DNA from: Acidobacteriota bacterium
Lineage (GTDB): Bacteria; Acidobacteriota; Thermoanaerobaculia; Multivoradales; UBA5704
Direction of reading: 5' to 3'
DNA length: 64,000 bases
Assembly (NCBI GenBank): GCA_046765915.1
Contig: JBKPTH010000002.1
Span: 28,552-92,551, forward strand
The notes beneath the pieces are model-generated. The model was given only the letters and a program-made list of their open reading frames with translations. It did no database searches and was not told the DNA's origin. A program made the position numbers and the translations under genes. Positions 55,216-64,000 of the stretch are shown one piece after another. Within the stretch, counting starts at the first letter, position 1, and every line of letters starts with the position of its first letter.

Positions 55216-55250
55216 CCCCCGGCCCCCTCTCCATCGGAGATGGAGAGGGG
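55216..55250. repeat. short palindromic hairpin related to the REP-like elements (possible terminator after cysW)
   Basis: CCCCCTCTCCATC-GGA-GATGGAGAGGGGG forms a 13 bp stem. Confidence 0.4.
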
Positions 55251-55322
55251 GAGAAAAGGGCAGGACCGTCCGAGATCCACAGGCAAACTGAACCCTGACC
55301 GGATGTTAAGCTGCGAGGCGGA

Positions 55323-56659
55323 ATGCCCACGCTGCTGCTCTTCGCGCTCCTCTTGGCGTCTCTCGCCATTCTCGCGGGCTTCCTGATCAGGCGGCGGTTG
55401 AGGCGGCGCATCCAGGCCCTCACCGAGGCGGCGGAGCGCATCGGCCGCGGCGACCTCCGGACGCCGGCGCCGCGTGCGCCGGAAGCCGAGCTCGGCACGC
55501 TCGCCGCCGCCATGGACGACATGCGGCGGCGCCTGCTCCAGCTCACCTCCGAGCTGCGCCGCCGCCAGGCCGAGGGCGAGGCGATCCTCACCGGCATCGT
55601 CGAAGGGGTGTTCAGCGTCGATCGCGACCGCCGCATCCGCTATCTCAACCCCGCCGCGGCGGCGATGCTCGGCGTGCGGCCGGAGGAGGCGCTCGGCCGC
55701 TTCTGCGGCGACGTGCTGAACCCGCAGGGCCGCGAGGGCGTGCGGCCGTGCGAGGAGAGCTGCCCCATCGTGCACGCCCGCTTCCGCGGCGGCGCCGCCG
55801 CCACCGAGCACCTGCTGCGGCCGGACGGCACGCGGCGCGCTGTGGTGATCACCAGCGCGCCGCCGGCCGAGGAGCAGCAGGTGCAGTTGCTGCGCGACGA
55901 GACCGACGTCGAAGCCGCGCGCCGGCAGCGCGACGCCGTGCTCGCCAACATCTCCCACGAGTTCCGCACGCCGCTCTCGGCCCAGCTCGCCTCGCTCGAG
56001 CTGCTGCGCGACCGGCTGCTGCAATCTCCCGAGGGGCTCGATCCCGAGACGCGCGATCTCGTCCTCTCGCTGGAGCGCGGCAGCCTGCGCCTGACGCATC
56101 TCATCGACAACCTGCTGGAGAGCGTGCGCATCGAATCAGGGCAGGACTCGATCCGCGGCCGCCCGGTGGCCCTCGACGAGGTGATCGAGGAGGCCGTCGA
56201 GATGACCGCCCCGCTGCTCGCCCAGCGCGCCCAGTCCATCGAGGTCGAGCTGCCGTATCCGCTGCCAGCGGTCCATGGCGACGCGCCCCGCCTCACCCAG
56301 GTGTTCGTCAATCTGCTTGCCAACGCCAACAAGTTCGCGCCCGCGGGCTCCGCCGTGCGCGTCGGCGGCGCGGTGGAGGAGGAGCGGATCGTGCTATGGG
56401 TGGAGGACGACGGGCCGGGGATTCCGGCGGCGGCCGGGGCCGCGGGCGGGCGGTCCCTCTTCGACCGCTTCGTGCGCCTCGCCGGCGAAGGGGAGGAGCC
56501 GGAGTCGGGAGGCATGGGACTGGGCCTGTTCATCGTGCGCTCCATCGTCGAGCGGCACGGCGGCACGGTCGAGGCGGAGGCAGGGAGCGGTGGCCGCGGC
56601 ACGCGCCTGCGGATCCTCCTGCCGCGGGCCGCTCACGGCGCCGGCGAGGAGACCGCGGC

Positions 56660-56663
<4 letters not shown>
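55323..56663 (+). CDS. sensor histidine kinase (TM, HAMP, PAS-like, HisKA, HATPase_c)
   Basis: The H-box is ISHEFRTPL, the N-box is VNLLANANKFA, and the G-boxes are DDGPGIP and GGMGLGL. Confidence 0.8.
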
Positions 56664-57355
<692 letters not shown>

Positions 57356-57426
57356 GAACCGCTGTGCAGGCTCGGCTCCGGAAACCCACTGGAGGCACCG
57401 ATGGGGTTCAGCTTGGCAATGATCCT

Positions 57427-57456
57427 TGACAAATGGAGTCCATCAATGGCATATTA
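57427..57456 (+). promoter_or_regulatory. putative sigma70-like promoter with embedded palindrome ATGGA-N-TCCAT
   Basis: TTGACA is followed by a 17-18 nt spacer and then CATATT, upstream of ORF 57636. Confidence 0.25.
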
Positions 57457-57635
57457 GGCGCATTCAGCAACGGAGCGCATCATCGGCTCCCATAGAGCAA
57501 CCCAGCGGCGCGGGAATCACTGGATCGGGAACCAGCGAGGCCGCCGGGCGAGATTGAAGCCGGAGTTGGCCCGGCGCCAATCGAGGCGCCGTGGTTGAAC
57601 CGGAGCCCAAGCGGCTCCAAAAAAGGAGAAGGACC

Positions 57636-58052
57636 ATGCCGAAGCGAAAGAACAAGGAGAAGTTGAAGTCCCGCCTGGGGTACCTCCAGCGCCTCAACGC
57701 CCCGCTGACCGCCAACAGCGCCGACCTGGTGCATCTGGAGGCCACGCGCGCGCGGTTCGCGGAGTTTCTGGCGCAGGCCGAGGAAGCGGCTAACCGCCAG
57801 GGCGTCCACACCGCCGCCAAGCAGGAGGCGAGCCTGCAGCTCCGCACGGCTCTCGCCGAGTGCGAGCGGCTGGCGAACATCCTGCGCCTGGGGGTCAAGC
57901 AGCACTACGGCATCCGCTCGGAGAAGCTCGCCGAGTTCGGTCTGCAGCCGTTCCGTGGCCGCAAGACCCCGGATGCCGAGGAGCCGCAGCCTTCCGTTCC
58001 CACGCCGCCGGAGCCGCAAACGCCGCCGCCGGTCAACCCCAAACAGTCCTGA
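57636..58052 (+). CDS. hypothetical protein (basic N-terminus, Pro-rich C-terminus)
   Basis: Strong AAGGAG ribosome-binding site 7 nt upstream of the ATG. GC3 is high. Confidence 0.45.
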   Translation: MPKRKNKEKLKSRLGYLQRLNAPLTANSADLVHLEATRARFAEFLAQAEEAANRQGVHTAAKQEASLQLRTALAECERLANILRLGVKQHYGIRSEKLAEFGLQPFRGRKTPDAEEPQPSVPTPPEPQTPPPVNPKQS

Positions 58053-58149
58053 AGTCCTCGGGAGGCGTGGACCTTCACGCCTCCCTCCCTTTGTCTCCCC
58101 CTCTTCGAAGACCCGATCCGCGGACGCTCCGCCTGGGCCCGTGGACCTC

Positions 58150-58750
58150 TTGACCGACTCTCGGCACCCTGAGAAAAAGTCCGCTTACTCGATGAGCGAG
58201 CAAGCTTATTTTTCCCAAAAGAAGCTCGCTCCTTGAAAGAGTCCCGGGACTTTGCCGGAAATAAGCTCACTCGGCGACTGAGCAAGCTCATCCAATGAAA
58301 GAGCGAGCTTGTTTTTCCGTAGCGGAGCTTGCTCTTTGAAAGAGTCCCGCCAACTTTGCAAAGATCCGCGGACTCGGTGACTGAGCGAGCTCACTCACTG
58401 ACTGAGCGAGCTTGTTTTTCCGCAGCGGAGCTTACCCGATGAAAGAGTCCCGGGACTTTGCCGGAAATAAGCGGCCTCATTGACCGAACGAGCTCGTCCG
58501 GAGAAAGAGCGGGCTTCTTTTCGCGTAGCGGAGCTTCCTCGCTGACTGAGTCCCGGGACTTTGGCAGAAATAAGCGGACTCACTGACTGAGCAAGCTCGC
58601 TCGCTGACTGAGTGAGCTTATTTTCCCGAAAACGGGCCCACTCACCGACAAAGTCCCGGGACTTTGCCAAAAATAAGCCGGCTCATTGACTGAGGAAGCT
58701 CACTCGCTGACTGAGCGAGCTTATCTTTGCAAAGAGGAGCGGGCTCGCCG
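58150..58750. repeat. tandem array of about 5.5 copies of a ~103 bp repeat, each with an 18 bp perfect palindrome CAAAGTCCCGGGACTTTG and a long imperfect hairpin
   Basis: Unit starts are at about 58240, 58344, 58442, 58548 and 58651. Conserved blocks are AGTCCCGGGACTTTGCCGGAAATAAGC and GAGCGAGCTTGTTTTTCC. No ORF is present. Confidence 0.8.
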
Positions 58751-58969
58751 AGGAGCTCCCGGGCCGTCGCGCCCGCACCGAGCCGACAGCTCCCCCCGCG
58801 CGGGGACGGGAAGGCATCCTTCGGGGAGAGTCCTCGCAGGCGCCGTCCTTCCCCGGCCGGCGAGCCGGCGAGGGCTCAAAGAAGAAAGTTGTCAGATGAG
58901 TCGGCGTTTTTCCGTCTTATATAGGTGGCGGACGGAATCGCCCGTCCGGTCCATCGAGAGGGCTGCGCT

Positions 58970-59962
58970 ATGCCTGAGCCGACCCATGCCGTTTCTTCCA
59001 CGAGGGAGCCCAAGCTGCTCGACCGGGTTCGCGCCTCGGCGCGAGTCCGTCACCTGAGCCTCCGCACCGAGAGGACCTACGTCCAGTGGATCCGCCGCTA
59101 CATCCTTTTTCACGGCAAGCGCCATCCCGCGGAGATGGGGGAGGCGGAGATCAACACCTTCCTGACGCACCTGGCCGTCGAGGGAAAGGTCAGCGCCTCG
59201 ACGCAGACTCAGGCCCTGTGCGCGATCCTGTTCCTCTACCGCGCTGTCCTGGGCCGGGAGGTGGGCGAGTTCGAGGGGCTCGTACGGGCCAGACGCAGGC
59301 GCAAGCTGCCGGTGGTGCTGACGGCGGAGGAGGTCAAGCGGATCCTGGTCAACGTCGAAGGAGTCGAGCGGCTCTTCCTTTCTCTCCTCTACGGCACCGG
59401 ACTGCGGCTGACGGAGGCCCTCCGGTTGAGGATCAAGGACGTGGACCTGGTCTACGACCAGATCACCGTACGCGACGGCAAGGGAGGGAAGGATCGCGTG
59501 ACCATGCTGCCGGTCTCCTTGAAGGCCGAGCTGATGGAGCACCTCAAGGGTGTCAAGCGGCTGTACGAGGAGGATCTGCGCGCCGGGTACGGCCGCGTCC
59601 ATCTTCCCCATGCCTTGGCGAGGAAATACCCGCGGGCGGCGGGTGAATGGGGCTGGCAATACGTCTTCCCGGCGCCGCAGATCTCGCGCGACCCGCGTTC
59701 AGGAGAGCACCGGCGCCACCACCTGCACGAGAGGCCGCTCCAACGAGCCTTCCATGATGCGGCACGGAAGGCCGCCGTCACGAAGGCGGCGACCTGCCAT
59801 ACCCTGCGGCACTCCTTCGCCACCCACTTGCTGATGAACGGCTACGACATCCGGACGGTGCAGGAGCTCCTGGGGCACAGCAGCGTGAAGACGACGATGA
59901 TCTACACCCACGTCCTCAACCGCGGCGGCCGGGGCGTGCGGAGCCCGATCGACGTGCTATAG
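58970..59962 (+). CDS. intI: integron integrase
   Basis: Colinear with IntI1, including the IntI-specific patch [21 protein letters not shown]...[14 protein letters not shown]. Box I is [16 protein letters not shown], box II is [12 protein letters not shown]...[22 protein letters not shown], and the C-terminus is GVRSPIDVL. Confidence 0.85.
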   Translation: MPEPTHAVSSTREPKLLDRVRASARVRHLSLRTERTYVQWIRRYILFHGKRHPAEMGEAEINTFLTHLAVEGKVSASTQTQALCAILFLYRAVLGREVGEFEGLVRARRRRKLPVVLTAEEVKRILVNVEGVERLFLSLLYGTGLRLTEALRLRIKDVDLVYDQITVRDGKGGKDRVTMLPVSLKAELMEHLKGVKRLYEEDLRAGYGRVHLPHALARKYPRAAGEWGWQYVFPAPQISRDPRSGEHRRHHLHERPLQRAFHDAARKAAVTKAATCHTLRHSFATHLLMNGYDIRTVQELLGHSSVKTTMIYTHVLNRGGRGVRSPIDVL

Positions 59963-60354
59963 CCGGGTTTGCGCCGGCGTCTTATACGACCGGTTTCAGC
60001 CGCATAAGCAGCTCGGCTGCCGAGCCAAGGTATCCCCGCAACCGGTTGAAAGGATGGAAGATAGGCGAGGCTTGCCGAGTTGGCGAGAGGAGTGCTTCTT
60101 GCCTCTGAGCCAGCCGGATATCGTTCCCTTGGACGGCATATGGCCTTCGGATAAGGCTCACGCATGCGACGGTCTGCGGCCCCAACCTCAGCCGTTTCAA
60201 CAGGATCGCCCACAGCAAGCCTCCGTGCAGGAAAGCTGCCGATGTCCTCGGCGGCCCGAGAGGCTTATGCGACTGAATCTCCTCAGTTTGACCTGGCGCC
60301 GAAGGCGCTGTAGAATACTATGACGCATAGAATGAATGACATAGACCGCTTTCT

Positions 60355-60419
60355 CGAATTCGAGAACCCCCGTGACGCGAAGCACGCCACGAGGGGCGCA
60401 TAAGCTCAGTGCGAGGTTA
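60355..60419 (+). mobile_element. putative attI / first recombination site ending in canonical GTTAGGC core
   Basis: GTTAGGC is followed by GGCAGGGAGAAG. The same TAGGCGGCAGGAGA junction recurs after attC0 at 60692. Confidence 0.3.
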
Positions 60420-60440
60420 GGCGGCAGGGAGAAGTTGACG

Positions 60441-60647
60441 ATGGCGAAGGCAACAACCTGTCTTCTGAATGGTCGACGCGTTGAGATCGCTGAAGCCCTG
60501 CGTCTCAGGCAGGCCGAACGGATGGCGCCACCGTTTCGATGTATCGAGTGTTGCAAGCAAGTCCGGGCACATAAGAGGGGAACGACTGGCCAAGCAGCGC
60601 ATTTCGAACATCAGGAGCGAAACCCTTCTTGCTCCCTGAGCGGGTAG
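60441..60647 (+). CDS. cassette ORF: small Cys/His zinc-ribbon-like protein
   Basis: Ribosome-binding site GGGAGAAG. The metal-ligand pattern is FRCIECC...HFEH. The 3' end overlaps attC0. Confidence 0.4.
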   Translation: MAKATTCLLNGRRVEIAEALRLRQAERMAPPFRCIECCKQVRAHKRGTTGQAAHFEHQERNPSCSLSG

Positions 60648-60692
60648 CGGTCGGCAAGCATGTGTCGCAGCGCCGCACGCCACTGGTTGGCC
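60616..60692 (+). mobile_element. attC-like site 0 (77 bp)
   Basis: It aligns with attC1 and attC2: AGCGAAACCC...GAGCGG...GTTGGCC. Confidence 0.45.
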
Positions 60693-60716
60693 TGAGCTAG
60701 GCGGCAGGAGATATCG

Positions 60717-61100
60717 ATGAAGCAAGTAGTGCTGTCGATCCTAGTAGCTGTTCTGCTGGGCAACTGCCAGACAGCAGCCAGGCAAGAAGCCGATAGGCAA
60801 GCTTATTGCCTCAACGAGCTCGCGTGGTCGAGTGACCTTAGTAGACCGAAAATTATCGAATCCGAACCACCGTCGGGTTATCACTACGACGGCGGCGTCC
60901 TGCGAGCCTGTCTCGCTGTCCAGATTGACGAAGCTGGCAATGTCACAGGAGTGGAGGTGATCCGTACAGACTCTTCAGATTTCGGCTCAGCCTGTGCATC
61001 TGCGTTGAGGCGCTGGCACTTCGAGCCCGCAAGGAGGGGCTCAACACCGGTCGCTGTCACGTATCGCATATTTATGGTGAGTAGTATGACATATTTATAG
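60717..61100 (+). CDS. cassette ORF: secreted protein with TonB C-terminal-like domain
   Basis: Signal peptide. The C-terminus has the TonB_C-like pattern ACLAVQIDEAGNVTGVEVIRTDSSDFGSACASALRRWHFEPA. Confidence 0.5.
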   Translation: MKQVVLSILVAVLLGNCQTAARQEADRQAYCLNELAWSSDLSRPKIIESEPPSGYHYDGGVLRACLAVQIDEAGNVTGVEVIRTDSSDFGSACASALRRWHFEPARRGSTPVAVTYRIFMVSSMTYL

Positions 61101-61446
61101 GAGTATGGTGCAGTGGTTCGCCGCCTAACCCTCGCTTGGAGCGGACCGGCGGGCGACCGATCCAGCACGCAGGAGCGGCTGTGGCCGCCGGTCGCTCAAG
61201 CGTTGAACGTTCGCCGGCTGGCATGTCGAGGTTACCGCTTCAGGATTCATTGGCGGGGGAATTGAGCAGTGGCTGGTCAAACGGTTGATTCTCTAGAGCA
61301 CGGTGGTATCAGGTTTTCAGCAGACCTCCTTGCTGAGCTAGATCGTGGTCGTCCGGATGGGTTGGATCATTGATGCTCCGTTGTATGAGAAGGCTAGGTA
61401 AGGCAGGCCCTTATGAAGTGGTGAGGTATTGGTCTTGGAGAACGCC

Positions 61447-61521
61447 GGCGAACCCCGCCGATCGAGCGGACGGAAACCGCAAACTGCGCGGTTCCCGCCG
61501 CTCATCGGCATCCCGTTGGCC
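61447..61521 (+). mobile_element. attC site 1 (75 bp)
   Basis: R'' is GGCGAAC and R' is GTTGGCC. The central region GAGCGGACGGAAACCGCAAACTGCGCGGTTCCCGCC is an imperfect palindrome. Confidence 0.6.
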
Positions 61522-61722
61522 GGCCAAAAGTTGAGAAACGCCATTCCGTGAGCTCGATGTGCTGATGCGAGTAGGCTCAGCCGCGCGGAGAAGCTCGCCA
61601 AGTGGGTAGCACCTGTCTGCCCGGGCACGAGTGTTATCTCTGCCGTTCTCTTCTGATATACTGTTATACCCAGGGCACGCCGGATGCGCCGTCGTGCCCG
61701 AAGCTAATCTCAGGAGGACGAT

Positions 61723-62151
61723 ATGAAGAAGACAGCGGCAAGTCTTGGATTGTTCTTTCTGCTCATGGCGCATGTCGCACTGGCTGCGGACGACGGTCAG
61801 ACACAGCCGAAGGTGAACACTACTTTTACCAACTCCACAACGGCAACGGACCTAATCGCTACGACGAATGGCTCCGGTAATGTAAAGGGCGTGACGTGTA
61901 AACTGACCCAGGACGGATCAGGGTTCTTTCCAACAGCGCTCGTGAAGTTTTATGTGAACGGCGGCTCCGCACAATCCGTCACGCTCACTAGCGACTACAT
62001 GCTGCCATCCGGCACCGGACCTTTCGCAGATGGTTATACCGGCTGGGTCCCTTTCAATGTTCGCTTCACGAACAGCATTCGCATTACGATTCAAAAGGCC
62101 ACGTCGAGTGGTCTACAGATAGACTGCGCAGTAAGCTGGGGACTCGACTGA
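61723..62151 (+). CDS. cassette ORF: small secreted hypothetical protein
   Basis: Ribosome-binding site AGGAGGA. Signal peptide is MKKTAASLGLFFLLMAHVALA. GC content is ~50%. Confidence 0.5.
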   Translation: MKKTAASLGLFFLLMAHVALAADDGQTQPKVNTTFTNSTTATDLIATTNGSGNVKGVTCKLTQDGSGFFPTALVKFYVNGGSAQSVTLTSDYMLPSGTGPFADGYTGWVPFNVRFTNSIRITIQKATSSGLQIDCAVSWGLD

Positions 62152-62426
62152 CGTCGCGGCGCAACGCGTTACAGGTGATGTTATGGAAAGCGTTTCACGG
62201 CGGCCCGTAACGAGGCGCAGGATAGGTACCGATGGGCGGGCGCAGGTGCCGATAAGTGCCCCCAAATAGGCTCCGAATTAAAGGTGTCGACCGAGTGGAG
62301 AGGGGCACCAAACTGGCACTTGCATTTAGCGGAGGACTCTAGCCATAGTGTGGCTCTTGGGGTAGAATTGGAGCAGCCACTGCAGAGGAGAAGCTGCATA
62401 CCAATATCGCAATGTACTGGTTGTAC

Positions 62427-62503
62427 GGCCAACCCGAAGCGGTCGAGCGGACGGAAACCGCAAACAGCGCGGTTTCCGCGCGCTCACCGCTAAAGCGTTG
62501 GCC
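62427..62503 (+). mobile_element. attC site 2 (77 bp)
   Basis: R'' is GGCCAAC and R' is GTTGGCC, a perfect inverted pair. The centre is almost identical to attC1. Confidence 0.65.
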
Positions 62504-62537
62504 GACTAGATAGATGAGCTAAGGAGCATAATTTTTT

Positions 62538-63971
62538 GTGACAGCACCACCCGAAGAACCCAAGGGCGGAGAGTTGCGGAAAGGCCCTCTCGAAAGTCTA
62601 AAGGCGCTCGATCTAGTTGCACCCAAGGACCATAAAATCTGGGCCTTCGCGTTCCTTTTGCGGCTCAGTGAAGTGACCGGGATCCGGCAAGTAAAGGCGC
62701 TTTTTAAGTTCATGTTCGTTGAACTGGCGCCTTCGATTCCGGTCTCGCTAAGACGCAGCATCACGGGTGCGGCAGGTCTTCAGTCTGCGATCCTGGGTGC
62801 CGTGATCACGCTGATCTTCTGCCTTCTTGTGCCCATAGGTTGGACTATTGCAATCGGACGCTTCTCCAGCGACAAACCTGGAAATTTGTTTTTGCTGCAG
62901 GACGCCACTAACCTTGTTCTCTACTCGATTGTGTGTCCACTCTACGTAGGCCTGGGGTGTTGGTTGGCAGTCGCAGTCATAAAAGGTTGGGCAGACATTA
63001 AGGAATTCGCATCGACGCTTGGTTCCAAAGTGGAAAAGCCTTCGCGAGCAACGCTTATCAAAAACCTGCTTCTGGTTATTTTAATCCTCTCGATGGGATT
63101 CTTCTCCACCGCAGCCTATATCAACGATATCATGAAGCCAGACAACGTGCCTCAGCGCTACTGGTTTATGGATCTCAGCCGCTCGGGTGAACACATTCTG
63201 GGTGCTTTGGGTGTCTACTATTTTTTGTTGACTTTTGTTCTGCTCATCGTGACGCTTATATCAATCACTTTGTTCATGTCAATCTTTGTTTCGGTTATGG
63301 CAGTTGGGGACGCGTTGGAATCCAGAACACAACCCACTGAAGCCGAGCTGCCGGTTCTCGAGGCCAAGTTATCCACATTTACCGAAGCCTATATTCTTGC
63401 CAAAACACTGACCTTCGTATACATGGTCAATTTCTATCTGTGGCAGAAATCCCCCCTTGGCGCTACTCAGAATATATATGTCGCCGTCATCTTCTTGACC
63501 CTCTTCGGAGTCTTGTTTGTTTCGCTGCCTCGCTACTTCGTTGAGTTGCAATGGTACCGATTTCTGGTGCGCTCAAAACAAGTGCGTATTGATGAGGATG
63601 TATACGAGGATATTCGCCCGTACCGGATCAGAACACTTGCCTCTATTATGGATGACCTCCTGATTGGAGGCTTCGTGATCACAGTACTGACGGGTCTGCT
63701 TTCAGGGGTTCTCTCGAGCTCAGGGCCATACGCGCGTGTCTTTCGCGATTCGCGTGTGCAGAGCACATACACTGTCGCAGTTGACCTTTGTTACTATGAA
63801 CCGCCTGCGCAGCTTGCCTCAGAACTTGGGGTAGCTAATGATCGTGAGGTTATCGCTCGGGCCTATTCAATGCGCTCAACAGAGAGTGCACACCGTGAAG
63901 CGGCGTACATAGGCTGTTTGAAAGGGCTATCCGGGCTTGGCTCTGGCCAGAAAAAGCAATTTGGACATTGA
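62538..63971 (+). CDS. cassette ORF: polytopic membrane protein of unknown function
   Basis: GTG start 11 nt after AAGGAG. About 10 TM helices. Codon usage is low-GC. Confidence 0.5.
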   Translation: MTAPPEEPKGGELRKGPLESLKALDLVAPKDHKIWAFAFLLRLSEVTGIRQVKALFKFMFVELAPSIPVSLRRSITGAAGLQSAILGAVITLIFCLLVPIGWTIAIGRFSSDKPGNLFLLQDATNLVLYSIVCPLYVGLGCWLAVAVIKGWADIKEFASTLGSKVEKPSRATLIKNLLLVILILSMGFFSTAAYINDIMKPDNVPQRYWFMDLSRSGEHILGALGVYYFLLTFVLLIVTLISITLFMSIFVSVMAVGDALESRTQPTEAELPVLEAKLSTFTEAYILAKTLTFVYMVNFYLWQKSPLGATQNIYVAVIFLTLFGVLFVSLPRYFVELQWYRFLVRSKQVRIDEDVYEDIRPYRIRTLASIMDDLLIGGFVITVLTGLLSGVLSSSGPYARVFRDSRVQSTYTVAVDLCYYEPPAQLASELGVANDREVIARAYSMRSTESAHREAAYIGCLKGLSGLGSGQKKQFGH

Positions 63972-64000
63972 GCTGAGTTGGAGACCGAAGTAAACCGTGA

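Larger units (their letters stand above)
58970..64000 (+). mobile_element. chromosomal integron in inverted-integrase configuration (intI and cassettes co-oriented, array 3' of intI), extending past window end
   Basis: intI sits beside a ~50% GC region holding three ~75-77 bp attC-like sites (two strongly similar, the first shorter and more divergent). Each attC follows an ORF, and the attC R' cores (GTTGGCC) lie on the plus strand. Confidence 0.6.

Noticed and set aside
58150-58750. CRISPR array
   Set aside because: The units are ~103 bp and contiguous, with no short conserved repeats separated by unique spacers. There are no cas genes.
58150-58750. Cassette array with attC sites on the 5' side of intI (canonical integron side)
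   Set aside because: The units do not resemble the GTTGGCC-type attC sites found 3' of intI and contain no ORFs. Kept only as a hypothesis within the finding.
60054-60323. ORF 60054-60323(+) between intI and the first cassette
   Set aside because: It lies in the presumed attI/promoter region, with no ribosome-binding site and atypical composition.

Overview
This is a ~70% GC bacterial chromosome window; the phylum is uncertain. Positions 1-47,200 form one large glycan biosynthesis and decoration island. It carries a UDP-ManNAc(A)-type precursor operon (WecB-like 2-epimerase, UDP-sugar 6-dehydrogenase, two SDR epimerases). There are many glycosyltransferases, several as domain fusions: GT2-GT4 twice, GT2-methyltransferase, methyltransferase-GT8-like, sulfotransferase-GT2. 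Three polyprenyl-phosphate-sugar-synthase-like GT2s and a flippase-like membrane protein sit beside at least five large GT-C/YfhO/ArnT-like polytopic membrane proteins. Decoration enzymes include two sulfotransferases, a NodU/CmcH-type carbamoyltransferase, an SGNH hydrolase, several SAM methyltransferases (two with zinc ribbons), a DegT aminotransferase and a WbqC-like protein. A secreted beta-helical protein carries a phage-tailspike-type S74 intramolecular-chaperone domain. A conserved ~115-120 aa C-terminal domain I do not recognise recurs on three unrelated secreted proteins, and a 17-codon relic of it lies at 8777-8830. A ~155 bp segment containing the 5' end and leader of a GT2 gene has been duplicated onto the start of a neighbouring membrane-protein gene. 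Downstream are an RRM protein, an RlmL-like methyltransferase and a sulfate ABC transporter (CysA fused to USP-like domains, then sbp, cysT, cysW), separated by palindromic intergenic repeats. A two-component system follows, then a ~600 bp tandem array of ~103 bp palindromic repeats. Last is a chromosomal integron with intI in the same orientation as a lower-GC (~50%) cassette array on its 3' side, with three clear ~75-77 bp attC-like sites. Many long ORFs in the six-frame track are wrong-frame artefacts of the high GC content.
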